A stretch of DNA of 64,000 nt from Planctomycetota bacterium (GCA_046290465.1 JBKAGP010000001.1:1056001-1120000); one strand, 5' to 3'. Counted from the first letter of the stretch, positions 37,035 through 47,670 are shown. Made by a program: numbers and translations. Notes: generated by a model from the letters alone, not told the origin.

Positions 37035-39365
37035 TCAGCGCGCCTCGTGCGGCAGCACCAGCCGCTCGCCGCCGACCCGCACGATCAAGCGCGACGTCCA
37101 CCCGGCGGGCGCCATCGTCGGCAGCGGGTCCGGCAGCGCTTCGTGCTGGTCGATGCTCGCCGACGCAGAGAAGCGCCACCCGAAGCCCTCGGGTCGGTAG
37201 GCGCGCCACGCGTCGACCATCAGCCAGCGCTTGCTTTCTTGGTACTGCCCGCCGAGCGGGTCGAGACAGATCTCCTGGCGCACCATCAGGAAGTCCTCGC
37301 CGGCCGGCTCGACGTAGCGGTCCAGCAGGCGGTGCAGGTCGATCGGCGCGCGCGGCGTCATGCGCAGCGGCACCAGCGCTCCGTCCCGTTCGACAGCGAT
37401 GCGGCCGTCCTCCGCCAGCGCGAAGATCGCACCGGGCACCGGCAGGCCGCGGCTGGCGTGCACGACCAGCCGGCCGTCGTGCAGCCAGACGCCGACGTCG
37501 CGCGAGCCCGAGAACGGGTCCCACCAGCCGAACCGGTCGGTCGACCGCAGGCGGCGCTCGCCGACGATGCGATACTTGATCTCGGGCCACGCGCGCACCT
37601 CCGGCGGCACCTGCACGAACCTCGCCGGCGCGCGACCGGTGCTGCGCACCAGCGTCAGTTCCTGTCGATCACGCAGGCGTCGATCGTCGACCGAGAAGCC
37701 GAACGCCTCGCCGCTGCGCAGCACGATCGACAGCCGTTCGCCGCGCTGACGGCCACCGGCCGAACGGCTGGCCGCACCTCGGCCGCCGGAGAACTCCTGT
37801 CCATAGGTCCAGCCCTCCTCGTCGTCGGCGAACTGCCAGCGCCCGTCGATCTGCACCAGCGAGCCGTCGGCCTCGACGATCCGGAACGGGTAGACCTCGC
37901 GCCGCTCCGCTGCGTGCGCCAGCACGCGCCGCGCATCGTCGTGGAACTGGATGTGCGGGCGCACCTCGTAGCCGGGCGACCAGCAGTAGTAGGCGTTGGG
38001 CAGACCCGCCACGACCCGAAACCGCGCGACCGACGGACCGTGCTCGGCCGCGACCTTCTGCTGCTTGCGCGCGACCCACAGTTCGCGGTCGACGCCGGAC
38101 GCGCGCCGCACGTCGCGGTAGGCGTGCTGCTCGTCGCCGTCGTCGGGGTCGTAGTAGCCCGGCATGATCATCACCGACCACGGCTCCTCGCGCGGCAACG
38201 ACCCGATCGAGACCTCGACCTCCGTCATCACCGGCGCCCGCACCTCGCCGGCCGCGCGATCGGCTGGCACCGCCACGCCGACCGCATCGTCGACGGCGAA
38301 CCAGAGATGGTCGCGGCCCGTTTCGAGCCGCTGCCGCGACACCGCGAAGCCACCGTGTTGGTCCGTGCGCGGCGCCTCCTCCGGCGGCTCCGCCGGGTGC
38401 AGGCGGTAGGGGCGCTCGTCGAGCCAGAACGGCACCGACGCGAGCGGTCGTCCGTCGGCGTCGAGCAGCCGGCCGACGATCCGGCCCGCGTCCGCAGGCT
38501 CGTCGGCCGGATCCGTCGCCAGCACCAGGTCACGCTGCGGGCGCACCCCGCTGGCCGCGGTGTCGCGGTCGCGGTCGGGCACGGGCGTGTCGGCACGGGC
38601 CGCTGCGACACGCCCGTCGGGGACCACGTCGGCGCTGCGCGCAGCACGCCACCAGACGCCGGCCCCGAGCAGCAAGAGGGCCGCGAGCGACGCGACCACG
38701 GCAACGTTCTTCTTCATCACGAGTGCTCCGAGACCGATCGAGACCCCCGCCGCCGCCGTCGCTGCCGGGACCATCGCGCGGCCACCGATCAGCGGCAGCA
38801 GGAACGCAGCCCGCCTGCCGTCGGTGTCGCGGTCGAGCCGGCTGCGCAGCGCATCGAGCGCGCGCTTCAGCCGCTGCCGCACGGCCTCGGGGCGCTCGCC
38901 TCGCTTCGCGGCGATCTCGCTGGGCTCGAGCCCTTCCCAGTAGCGCGCGACGACGACGTCGCGCCAGGCCTTCGGCAGCGCTTCGATCGCAGCCACGAGG
39001 TGCGCGCGACGTTCCTCGAACGCGGCCAGGTCGAACGGGTCGGCCGGGCCTGCGCCCGATGCCGTCTCGGCGACCCGCCGTTCGCGGTCGTGGCGGCGTG
39101 TGGCGGCCCGCCAACGATTGCGCGCCAGGTTGTGCACGACGCGGCGCCACCAGGCGCGCTCGTCGCGCACGTCGGCCGCCGCATCGGGGTCGGCGAGCGC
39201 CCTGGCCCAGGTTTCCTGGACCAGGTCGCCGGCGTCGTCGCCGTCACCGGCCAGCGTCGCCGCCAGCCGCCGCAGATCGGCGTTGGCCCGCAGCAGGCGC
39301 TCGGGCAGAGACTCGGCCTGAGGCTCAGGCAGAGCCTCAGGCTGGGAATCGCGAGGGGGTTCCAT
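37035..39365 (-). CDS. ECF sigma factor with TM helix and large C-terminal extension
   Basis: DLVQETW and sigma4 EIA.......AVRQRLKRAL, then a TM helix and a carboxypeptidase-regulatory-like segment. Confidence 0.85.
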   Translation of the reverse strand: MEPPRDSQPEALPEPQAESLPERLLRANADLRRLAATLAGDGDDAGDLVQETWARALADPDAAADVRDERAWWRRVVHNLARNRWRAATRRHDRERRVAETASGAGPADPFDLAAFEERRAHLVAAIEALPKAWRDVVVARYWEGLEPSEIAAKRGERPEAVRQRLKRALDALRSRLDRDTDGRRAAFLLPLIGGRAMVPAATAAAGVSIGLGALVMKKNVAVVASLAALLLLGAGVWWRAARSADVVPDGRVAAARADTPVPDRDRDTAASGVRPQRDLVLATDPADEPADAGRIVGRLLDADGRPLASVPFWLDERPYRLHPAEPPEEAPRTDQHGGFAVSRQRLETGRDHLWFAVDDAVGVAVPADRAAGEVRAPVMTEVEVSIGSLPREEPWSVMIMPGYYDPDDGDEQHAYRDVRRASGVDRELWVARKQQKVAAEHGPSVARFRVVAGLPNAYYCWSPGYEVRPHIQFHDDARRVLAHAAERREVYPFRIVEADGSLVQIDGRWQFADDEEGWTYGQEFSGGRGAASRSAGGRQRGERLSIVLRSGEAFGFSVDDRRLRDRQELTLVRSTGRAPARFVQVPPEVRAWPEIKYRIVGERRLRSTDRFGWWDPFSGSRDVGVWLHDGRLVVHASRGLPVPGAIFALAEDGRIAVERDGALVPLRMTPRAPIDLHRLLDRYVEPAGEDFLMVRQEICLDPLGGQYQESKRWLMVDAWRAYRPEGFGWRFSASASIDQHEALPDPLPTMAPAGWTSRLIVRVGGERLVLPHEAR

Positions 39366-39442
39366 CGGTCACGGAGACCGACACCACCGCCGGGCTCACC
39401 GTGACGCGAGCATGCCAGAAATCTCACATCGGCGCCGCCGCA

Positions 39443-41575
39443 TCACAAGCCGACGACGTTGCGCAGACCGTTGCTGGTGCGCAGGCTGCCCGCCCCGAAC
39501 GAGTAGTGCTGGGTGAAGTACTCGAAGCCGACGATCGACGTCGACGGCGGCACCACGAACGGGAAGCTGGTGTTGCCGAGACCGTTGCTGACCGCGAAGT
39601 CGGCGGTCACGATGTCGTTGTAGGCCTGGCAGCCGGGTTCGCCGCCGATCGCCGTCAGCACGACCGGCAGCGGCACGCCGTTGGCCTGGCTCGAAGACGT
39701 CCCGATCGCAAACGCGGTCAGCGCGCTCGGGTAGCCGTTCTGGCTGGCATACTGCACGGTCGTGCCGAGGTGCGGCCGCGCCGACGCGGTCTGCGTGAAG
39801 GCCGGTGCGCCGCAGCCCAGGCCGACGACCGTGGTGCACGCGACGTTCTGCGACCAGCTCTGCAGCGCGCTGCGGATCGTCGGACGCAGCATCTCCCGGA
39901 TCGCCGCGTGGATCGCGTTGTTGGCCGCGCCGAGCGAGTTCGCGTCGTTGACGAACGCGCCGAAGGTGTACTCGCGCATCGTCACCGAGCCGTTGCTGAA
40001 GAACGGCACTGCGATCCACCCGAAGTCCGTCGAATGCTTCCTCGAGTTGAGCAGCAGCTGGTAGGCGCCTTCCTTGTGGGCCAGCCGGACGTAGCTGTCA
40101 AAGCAGGAGAGCTCCGCCGGCGACAGGTTGAGGCTCGCGCCTTCGGCCACCACCACCGCATCCAGGGCGTTGCTCGAGTCGACCATCAGGTCGTAGAAGC
40201 GATCGCGTTCGTTGCCGAGCCAGCCGTTGGCGACCGACTCGTGCAGCCGGTGCAGGTCGCGCAGCGAGGTCTGGTTGGGCGCGAGCAGCGCGTCGCTGGT
40301 GCAGCCGATGCGGTGGTCGATGTCGGTGGTGTTCATCGCCAGCAGCGGTGCCGCCGTCGTCATCACGTTGGACAGGCCGTAGTAGTTGACGATCGCCTGC
40401 ATGCGGCGGGTGTCGTTGTACTGCATCATCTTCTGCAGCACGGTCTGCAGCGACTCGACCGTCGGATTGGTGTCGACCGGACACCACAGGCTGCCCGAGG
40501 CATAGTCCTGGAAGACCGTCACCAGCGAGTTCGGCTGCGAGTTGCCGAGGTGGATGCGCCGCACGGCATGCGCGTGGTGGAGCACGGCCAGCGCTTCGGC
40601 CGGCTCGAACGCGGTCGTGCCGTTCAGCCAGGCCAGGTTGGCGCCGTTGACCTCCTGCATCCAGCACCCGACGTGGCCGTTGGTCGCCTGGCGCATGGTC
40701 TCGCCGACCAACGTCGTCAGCGGGTTCGAGTTGTTGATCGCGGCGACCGTGTAGCGGGTGCCGAAGAACGACTGGTAGCGCTCGATGTCGAACGCGCGCG
40801 CGCCGTGGTTCTGCTGCATCGACAGGACCTGGGACTCGGTCAGCCCGAACCACCACCAGGTCGGCTTGGGCAGCGGGTCCTGGATCATCACGCAGTCGAA
40901 CTCGCCGCCGATGTGGCGTTCGATGTCGTAGACGCGGGCGTTGTTCGCCGCCGCGTAGCCGTTCAGCTGCGTGAAGTTGACGTCGGTGTACCACCACCAT
41001 TGCCGCGCATCGGCGCCGGTGTTCGAGATCATGACGGCCAGGTAGCGCGTCACGCCGTTGACCTCATAGGTCTCGAGGTCGACGATCCGGGCGGTGTTGT
41101 TGGCGACGAACTGGTTGATGTTGGCCGGGTTGGTGTCGTAGAGCCACCACCATGCCTTGCCGTTGACGCCGGTGTTGTCGACCGTCACCGCCGCGAAGCG
41201 CCGGTTGCCGGCACTGTCGGTGTAGGACTCGAGGTCGATCAGCCGCGCCTGGTTGGCGTTGATCAGGTTGGTGACGTTGGCGGCGCTGGCGTCGAACAGC
41301 CACCACCAGGCCGTCGCATCGGCCCCGGAGTTCTCGACGAGCACCGCGTCGAAGCGGGTGCCGATGCCCGAGCCGCTGCGATACTCGAGGTCCGTCAGCC
41401 GGAAGCCGCTGTTGATCTGCCCGTCGATGGTCGCCTTGGTCACGTTGAGCAGCGTGACGCTGCCGGTCTGGATGGACGCCTCGCGCGGGTCGCCGGCCTG
41501 CGCCAGCAGCGTGGTCACGGACAGGAACGCGGCCGCCGACAGCGACCGCCACAGCCTCGATAGCGTGGGGTTCAT
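39443..41575 (-). CDS. Secreted protein: tandem repeats (polyglycine-hydrolase-like), degenerate beta-lactamase-fold domain, CTD
   Basis: Signal peptide TLLA|Q. About 5 WWW...AR..D.E.Y repeats. FEPAEALA, MMQYNDT and HKEG in place of SxxK, SDN and KTG. CTD GLGC...EPGC...TSNGL. Confidence 0.8.
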   Translation of the reverse strand: MNPTLSRLWRSLSAAAFLSVTTLLAQAGDPREASIQTGSVTLLNVTKATIDGQINSGFRLTDLEYRSGSGIGTRFDAVLVENSGADATAWWWLFDASAANVTNLINANQARLIDLESYTDSAGNRRFAAVTVDNTGVNGKAWWWLYDTNPANINQFVANNTARIVDLETYEVNGVTRYLAVMISNTGADARQWWWYTDVNFTQLNGYAAANNARVYDIERHIGGEFDCVMIQDPLPKPTWWWFGLTESQVLSMQQNHGARAFDIERYQSFFGTRYTVAAINNSNPLTTLVGETMRQATNGHVGCWMQEVNGANLAWLNGTTAFEPAEALAVLHHAHAVRRIHLGNSQPNSLVTVFQDYASGSLWCPVDTNPTVESLQTVLQKMMQYNDTRRMQAIVNYYGLSNVMTTAAPLLAMNTTDIDHRIGCTSDALLAPNQTSLRDLHRLHESVANGWLGNERDRFYDLMVDSSNALDAVVVAEGASLNLSPAELSCFDSYVRLAHKEGAYQLLLNSRKHSTDFGWIAVPFFSNGSVTMREYTFGAFVNDANSLGAANNAIHAAIREMLRPTIRSALQSWSQNVACTTVVGLGCGAPAFTQTASARPHLGTTVQYASQNGYPSALTAFAIGTSSSQANGVPLPVVLTAIGGEPGCQAYNDIVTADFAVSNGLGNTSFPFVVPPSTSIVGFEYFTQHYSFGAGSLRTSNGLRNVVGL

Positions 41576-41576
41576 G

Positions 41577-41662
41577 CCGATCCGGTGTCCCTGGCGGCCA
41601 TGCATGGACAGGTTTGCGGCGATTTTTCCGATCCGGTTGTCCGCCACCCATCGGCGCGGACA
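41577..41662. promoter_or_regulatory. Duplicated site CCGATCCGG(T)-TGTCC-N15-GGACA between divergent genes
   Basis: Copies at 41577-41610 and 41628-41662, both with a 15-nt spacer. Confidence 0.55.
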
Positions 41663-41673
41663 CTGGGCCGACG

Positions 41674-44325
41674 ATGCCTGAGCACGACCGCATGCCCGCC
41701 GACGTCCGCGACCGCGAGCAGTCCGCGATCCGCGCCGCCTTCCTGGTGGCGCTGCTCGAGGATCGCGAACGGGGCCGCGAGCAGCCACTGGCGCACTACC
41801 AGCAGCGGTTTCCCGGCTTCGAGGCCGTCATCGCCGCCGAGTACGAGGCGTTCTCGGCCGAACCGGACGACGACGCCAGCGCCCCCGCGGGCCACCGGCT
41901 CCGCTACCGCTTCGACGGCGAACTCGGTCGCGGCGGCATGGGCGTGGTCCAGCGCGTGTTCGACCCGAGCCTGCACCGCTACCTGGCGCTCAAGCAGGCC
42001 AGGGCCGGCGCCGGCGAGGCCGAGATCGCGCGGTTCCTCGAAGAGGCGCGCGTCACCGCGCAGCTCGATCACCCCGGGGTCGTTGCGGTGCACGAGGTCG
42101 GTCGCGACGACTCGGGCGCGCCGTACTTCACCATGCCGATGGTGCGTGGCCGCACGTTCGCCGCGGAGATCGACGACCTGCACGCAGAGCAGCCGGCCGA
42201 TCCCGGCAACCGGGACCTGAGCCGCGCCCGCGTCGTCGACGTGCTGGCGCGCGTCTGCGACACGGTCGCGTTCGCCCACAGCCGGGGCGTCGTGCACCGC
42301 GACCTGAAGCCACAGAACGTCATGGTCGGCCGGTTCGGCGAGGTGTTCGTCGTCGACTGGGGACTGGCGCGCGCGCTCGGCCGTCCGGTGGCCGCGAGCC
42401 CCGACGACGCCGCCGATCGCATCGACGTCGCCGAGGTGCCAGCGCGCGACGATGCGACCGCGACGCCGCTGTGGACGATGGCCGGGGACGTGCTCGGCAC
42501 GCCGGCATACATGGCGCCCGAGCAGCTGCTCGGCAGCGGCGAGGTCTCGTGCAAGCTCGACGTCTACGCACTCGGCGCGATCCTCTACCACGCCCTCGCC
42601 GGCCACGCCCCGTACCACGAGTCGAACGCTCGCCCGGACGCCGGTTCGGTCGTCGAGCGCGCCGCTGCCGGGCCGCCGCCGCCGCTCGTCGATCGCGCGC
42701 CGGATGCGCCGCCAGAACTGGTCGCCATCTGCGAGCACGCGATGGCGCGCGATCCGGAGCGCCGCTACGCCGACGCTGAGGCGCTGCGCGCCGACCTGCG
42801 CGCGTTCGCCGACGGCCGCGTCGTGGCCGCCTACGAGCGCGGCAAGTGGGCCGAGCTGCGCAAGTGGGTCCGACGCAACCGCGCGATCACGTCTGCGGCG
42901 ATGGTCGCCGTGCTGGCCCTGGTGGTCGGCCTGATCGCGAGCCTCGTGCACGCCGACCGCGCCGACCGCAGCTTCCGCGACTCGGTGGACGCGGTCGATC
43001 GCATGCTGACCCGGGTCGCCGACGCCAAGCTGCGCAACGTGCCGGAGACGACCGCGATCCGACGCGACCTGCTGGCGGATGCGACCGGCTTCTTCGAACG
43101 CTTCGTCGCCCAGCGTCCCGACGACCTTTCGCTGCGGAAGCAGGCGGCGATCTCCTACTACCGGGTCGCGTCGCTGCACCAACTGCTCGGCGACGGCGAC
43201 CAGGCGATCGCGGCCAACGCGCGCTCGCTCGACCTGCTCGCCGCATCGCGACGCGCATCGCCGGGCGAGCCCGACCTGCTGTTCCACACGGCCAAGGCGT
43301 ACCTGCAGCGCGGCAGCAACCTCGCGGTAGAGGAGGATCCCGACCCGCTCGCGACCGCGCTGTCGTTCGCCGAGCGGCGCCTCGACGCTGGCCGCGATGG
43401 CGATCCGCTGGTGCTCGCCGGCCTCGCGCACGACGCGCTGGCGCTCCGGGCCTACCGCGCGCGGCACCTCGACGTCGCCGAACGTCACGCGCGCGCGTCG
43501 ATCGCGCTGGGCCAGGAGCTGCACCAGCGCTTCCCCGACCGCCCCTCTGCGCAATCGGCCAACCCGCACAGCCTGCTCGCCGGCATCCTCGCCGAACGCG
43601 GCGACACCGCCGGGTCGTCGCAGCAGCTGCAGCGGGCGATCACCGTGCGCCGCGCGTACCTCGCTCGCTTTCCGGACGCCGAGCTGCCGCGCAGCAAGCT
43701 CGCCGAGGCGCTGCGCAACCACGCCATCCTGTGCCACCAGCTGCGCGACGAACCGACCGCCGAGGCCAGCATCACCGAAGCGGTCACGCTGCGCGCCGGC
43801 ATCGCCGCGCAGAGTCCCGAGGTGCCGCGCAACCACGTCAAGCACGCCAACGCGCTCGTGCACCAGGCGCGCATTCGCTACGAGAACGGCGGCACCGACG
43901 ACGCGCTGGCCCAGACCGCCGCGGCCCAGGCCGCGCTGGCCCGGGCGCTCGCCCTCGCTCCCGACGACCGCAGCGCCGCCGCGGTCGGCTTCGACGCGCT
44001 GCGCGTTCGCCACCGCGCCTGGATGCGGCTCGAGCGCCCCGACGAGGTCGCGCAGACGGCGCGCGCGATCGCCGCGCTAGCCCGCCCGCCGGCACCGGCG
44101 TCATGGCGGTTCGAAGCGGCCTGCCAGCTCGGCGACGCGGTCCGGCTCTGCGACCGGCGGGCCGACGCGGACGCCGCGCAGGCGCAGCTGCGAGGCGAGC
44201 TTGCCGAGCAGGCCGTCACGTGGCTGCGGGCCCTGGTCGCCGATCAGGCCCTGGATCCTGCTCGGCTTGGCGACCCGCGCCTCGATCCGCTGCGCTTCCA
44301 CGCGGAGTTTCCATCGCCGCGCTGA
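41674..44325 (+). CDS. Hanks-type Ser/Thr protein kinase with TM helix and TPR-like C-terminus
   Basis: LGRGGMG.V, ALK, HRDLKP.N, DWGLA, GTPAYMAPE and DVYALG motifs. Confidence 0.95.
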   Translation: MPEHDRMPADVRDREQSAIRAAFLVALLEDRERGREQPLAHYQQRFPGFEAVIAAEYEAFSAEPDDDASAPAGHRLRYRFDGELGRGGMGVVQRVFDPSLHRYLALKQARAGAGEAEIARFLEEARVTAQLDHPGVVAVHEVGRDDSGAPYFTMPMVRGRTFAAEIDDLHAEQPADPGNRDLSRARVVDVLARVCDTVAFAHSRGVVHRDLKPQNVMVGRFGEVFVVDWGLARALGRPVAASPDDAADRIDVAEVPARDDATATPLWTMAGDVLGTPAYMAPEQLLGSGEVSCKLDVYALGAILYHALAGHAPYHESNARPDAGSVVERAAAGPPPPLVDRAPDAPPELVAICEHAMARDPERRYADAEALRADLRAFADGRVVAAYERGKWAELRKWVRRNRAITSAAMVAVLALVVGLIASLVHADRADRSFRDSVDAVDRMLTRVADAKLRNVPETTAIRRDLLADATGFFERFVAQRPDDLSLRKQAAISYYRVASLHQLLGDGDQAIAANARSLDLLAASRRASPGEPDLLFHTAKAYLQRGSNLAVEEDPDPLATALSFAERRLDAGRDGDPLVLAGLAHDALALRAYRARHLDVAERHARASIALGQELHQRFPDRPSAQSANPHSLLAGILAERGDTAGSSQQLQRAITVRRAYLARFPDAELPRSKLAEALRNHAILCHQLRDEPTAEASITEAVTLRAGIAAQSPEVPRNHVKHANALVHQARIRYENGGTDDALAQTAAAQAALARALALAPDDRSAAAVGFDALRVRHRAWMRLERPDEVAQTARAIAALARPPAPASWRFEAACQLGDAVRLCDRRADADAAQAQLRGELAEQAVTWLRALVADQALDPARLGDPRLDPLRFHAEFPSPR

Positions 44326-44346
44326 ACGACGCGGTATCGTCCGGGC

Positions 44347-44985
44347 GTGAGCCAGAGCCCCCACGACGCCACCACGATGCACGTCGCGCGTGCGGCCAAC
44401 GGCGATCGCGCCAGCGTCGAGTGGCTGGTCGCGCGGCTGTCGCCGCTGCTGCGCTCGCACGCCACCTACCGGCTCGGCAGCGTGCTGCGCCGCCACTACG
44501 ACCCGGACGACCTGGTGCACGATGCGTGGCTCGCGGTGCTGCCGCGCCTCGACGCGATCGGCACGGATGAAGCCCGCCGGCGCACCCCGGCGCTGCTGCG
44601 CTACCTCTGCAACACGATCGTCTACCGGATCGGCAAGCTGGCGCGACGGCACGCCCGCAACGGCGGCACCGGCGTCGCCGCACCCGATGCGGCACTGCCG
44701 GTCGACCTGCCGGCGGAGATCACCGGCGCCGTCACCCGCGCGGTTCGCGACGAACGACACGACCAGCTGCACACCTCGCTGGCCGAACTCGACGACGGCG
44801 ACCGCGAGATCGTGCTGCTGCGCGGGGTCGAACAGCTGTCGGCCAAGGCCACGGCGGCGATGCTCGGCATCGGCGTCGAAGCCGCGCACAAGCGCTACCA
44901 GCGGGCGCTCGCGAGGCTGCGGCAGCGGCTGCCGGACTCGGTCTTCGCCGAACTCGACGACTCCTCGACCGAATCGGCGGGCTGA
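44347..44985 (+). CDS. ECF sigma factor (kinase-associated)
   Basis: DPDDLVHDAW, REIVLLR and A.KRY.RAL.RL motifs. Lies 21 nt after the kinase. Confidence 0.85.
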   Translation: MSQSPHDATTMHVARAANGDRASVEWLVARLSPLLRSHATYRLGSVLRRHYDPDDLVHDAWLAVLPRLDAIGTDEARRRTPALLRYLCNTIVYRIGKLARRHARNGGTGVAAPDAALPVDLPAEITGAVTRAVRDERHDQLHTSLAELDDGDREIVLLRGVEQLSAKATAAMLGIGVEAAHKRYQRALARLRQRLPDSVFAELDDSSTESAG

Positions 44986-45056
44986 TATCTGCGGACCGGC
45001 CGGGCGTGACCGCTCGCTTACGTTCCGGCCGCCGCCGTTCGCTACGCTGCACGTCG

Positions 45057-46232
45057 ATGGTCCATCCTCCGCATTCCGTCCCCGCTGTCGTGGCCGCCGT
45101 GTTGCTGGCAGCGCTCGCGCCGGCGCAGTCGCGCCAGCAGGCCGTGGCGATCGGCACGGGTCCGCTGCTGTTGCTGCAGCAGGCGGGCGACGGTGGCGCC
45201 GTCGAGTGGCTCGTCGCCGATCTCGACGGCACCGGCCCGGCGCGCCCGTTCCTGCTCGGTGCAGCCGCGCTGACGCCGCTGCGTCGCATCGACCACGCGC
45301 ACCTGGTCGTGCAGCGCGGGGACCGGCTGTCGGTCCTGGATCTGCGCCGCGGCCGCGAGCGCGACCTCGCCGGCCGCAGCGTGCTGGCGGTGCACGGCGG
45401 CGCACTGCGCATGAGCAGTGGCCCGGGCCGCTCCGGCCGCATCCTCGAGCAGCCGTGGTCGACCGACGGCGAGGCGCGCCCGCTCTGCGAACGCGCATGG
45501 CGCGACCTGCACATCGACGGCGACCTCGCGTTCGGCCGCGCTGCCGAAGGCGACGGCCTCGTCCAGGTGTCGCTCGCGGACGGCAGCCATCGCGCCCTGC
45601 CCGGGGTGCCCGGAACCGCGCCGCGGTTCGCCCTGTCGACCGACCGACGGCTGCTGGCGATCGGCACGCTCGAGTACGGGCCAGGCCAGCTCGAACAGGG
45701 CCAGCTCAATCAGGCCCAGCGAGGCTGGGTGACGGTGATCGACCTGGCCGCGGATCGCATCGTCTGCCAGCTCGACGCCCAGCCCGGTGCGTTCCAGACC
45801 GCGATGCACGTGCGCTGGCGCGGCAACGACGCGGTGCGCTACGCCTGCGCGACCGGCCGCGGCTGGAACATCCCGCTGCAGTGCGTGACGTTCGACCTGA
45901 GCACCGAGCGCGTGCGCGAACGCAACGACACCCCCGACACCGCCGCCCCGCTGCGCGACAACGACCCACTGCTGGCGAGGCAGCTCGCCGAGCGCTGGCC
46001 GCACGACGGCGAACACGGTGCGTTCGTGGTGCGCGCCGGCGAGCTGCGCCGCAGAGACCACGTGCTGGCGACCAACGCACAGGACCGCGTGATGCTGGTC
46101 GACGATCGCCGGGCGCTGGTCATGCCCAAGACGCTGGGACCGTGCGCGGTGTTCGACACCGAGACGGATCGGCGGCGGCAGCTGACGGAGACGCCACCGA
46201 AGCGGGTGTTCGTGGTCGGCGCGGTGCACTGA
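45057..46232 (+). CDS. Secreted beta-propeller-like hypothetical protein
   Basis: Signal peptide LAPA|Q. FALSTDRRLLA TolB-like blade. Confidence 0.65.
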   Translation: MVHPPHSVPAVVAAVLLAALAPAQSRQQAVAIGTGPLLLLQQAGDGGAVEWLVADLDGTGPARPFLLGAAALTPLRRIDHAHLVVQRGDRLSVLDLRRGRERDLAGRSVLAVHGGALRMSSGPGRSGRILEQPWSTDGEARPLCERAWRDLHIDGDLAFGRAAEGDGLVQVSLADGSHRALPGVPGTAPRFALSTDRRLLAIGTLEYGPGQLEQGQLNQAQRGWVTVIDLAADRIVCQLDAQPGAFQTAMHVRWRGNDAVRYACATGRGWNIPLQCVTFDLSTERVRERNDTPDTAAPLRDNDPLLARQLAERWPHDGEHGAFVVRAGELRRRDHVLATNAQDRVMLVDDRRALVMPKTLGPCAVFDTETDRRRQLTETPPKRVFVVGAVH

Positions 46233-46367
46233 ACCGGAGCACCGGCAACCGCATCACGGCACGTGCCCCAGCTCGTTGTGCCGAATGTGCAACCCGGACC
46301 GCCCGACGCGCGGGGTCGTGGCCGGCTGCTACGCTCACCAGCCGATTCCTATCCCCGATACGACCCC

Positions 46368-47552
46368 ATGACGTCCCGACTCCTCACCGTGGCCGCCGTC
46401 GCCTTCGCGACCGCCGCCTTCGCGTCCGCCCAGATCAAGATCTCCGAAGCCTCCAACAGCAAGCTCCAGGCGGTTCGCAGCGCGCACGCCGCGCTCGAGA
46501 AGGCGCAGGCCGAGAGCCGGGAGAAGTCGCGCCCGCTGATGGAGAAGTACCGCGCCGCAGCGCGCGGCAGCGAAGAGCAGCGCGACCTGATCAAGCAGCT
46601 CAACGCCAACCGCGCGATGACCCGCAAGCCGACCGAGGCGTTCGAGCAGGCGTTCGCGGCGTGTGACTGGACCAGGCTGGACGCCGGCGACGACGCGGCC
46701 CTGCTGAAGGCGGGCCTGCCGTCGGTGATGGGCGACCTCGAGCATCCGGCGAAGGCGGTCGAGGCCTGCAAGTTCTACCTCGCCAACTACGGCGAGGAGC
46801 GCATGGCCGCTTCGGTCCGCTCGAGCCGCCTGCCCAACGCGCTGCTCGCCTGCGGCCACGCCGACGAGGCCGTCGCGGCGATCGAGAAGGCCTGCGAGGG
46901 CACCGAGGGCGCGGCGCTGGCGCGCCTGCAGCTGACGCTCGGCGACATCGCCGCAGCCAAGGGCGACCCGAAGGCGGCCGCGGCGCTCTACGCCGAAGCC
47001 GAGTCGAACGCCGACGAGCGCACGATGAGCTACGTCACGCTGCGCAAGAACCTGATCGGCAAGACCGCTCCGGACATCGACAGCAAGACCTGGATCGGCG
47101 GCGAGGCCAAGCCGCTCAGCGCCCACACCGGCAACGTCGTGCTGGTCGACTTCTGGGCCACCTGGTGCGGCCCGTGCCGCGCGGTCATGCCGGCCCTCAA
47201 CGAGCTCTACCAGCAGCACAAGGACCAGGGCCTGCGCGTGATCGGCCTGACGCGCTTCTACGCCAACGGCTACATGCCGGCCAACGCGGAGCAGATGCGC
47301 TCGGGCGGCGAGAGCGTGCGCGGCATCACCGAAGAGGACTTCGTCGGCCACGTCACCGCCTTCCGCGACAACACCGGCATCGCCTACCCGTTCGTGGTCG
47401 GTGAGAAGGAGGACTTCAGCAACTACTTCGTGCGCGGCATCCCGACGCTCGCCGTCGTCGACCGACAGGGCAAGATCGCGCTGATCACGGTCGGCAGCGG
47501 CAGCGAAGGCCTGCTGAAGTTCGCGATCGGCAAGCTGCTGGCCTCGAAGTAG
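46368..47552 (+). CDS. Exported TlpA-family thiol-disulfide oxidoreductase with TPR-like N-terminal region
   Basis: [18 protein letters not shown] and DRQG motifs. Signal peptide FASA|Q. Confidence 0.9.
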   Translation: MTSRLLTVAAVAFATAAFASAQIKISEASNSKLQAVRSAHAALEKAQAESREKSRPLMEKYRAAARGSEEQRDLIKQLNANRAMTRKPTEAFEQAFAACDWTRLDAGDDAALLKAGLPSVMGDLEHPAKAVEACKFYLANYGEERMAASVRSSRLPNALLACGHADEAVAAIEKACEGTEGAALARLQLTLGDIAAAKGDPKAAAALYAEAESNADERTMSYVTLRKNLIGKTAPDIDSKTWIGGEAKPLSAHTGNVVLVDFWATWCGPCRAVMPALNELYQQHKDQGLRVIGLTRFYANGYMPANAEQMRSGGESVRGITEEDFVGHVTAFRDNTGIAYPFVVGEKEDFSNYFVRGIPTLAVVDRQGKIALITVGSGSEGLLKFAIGKLLASK

Positions 47553-47670
47553 GCCGGCAACTTGCAGAGGGGCCGACGGGCCACCCGTTCTTGGCCCATC
47601 CGGCCTGGGGCCGATCGCAATCCTGGAGCCAACCGGGAGTCCTGGCCCCGCAGCAGCGTCGCGTCGCGCG

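Noticed and set aside
39316..39342. Perfect 11-bp inverted repeat near the start of the ECF gene
   Set aside because: Lies in a repetitive PE-rich coding segment, has no U-tract, and cannot be distinguished from chance.
38723..41563. Long antisense or alternate-frame ORFs (also 6920..9205, 41572..44013, 60144..63338 and others)
   Set aside because: Typical stop-poor shadow frames of high-GC coding DNA. They overlap motif-supported genes.
44347..44985. Phosphorylation-activated ECF (Ser/Thr replacing the DAED motif)
   Set aside because: The equivalent segment reads DPDD, which is acidic with no Ser or Thr, so there is no sequence support.
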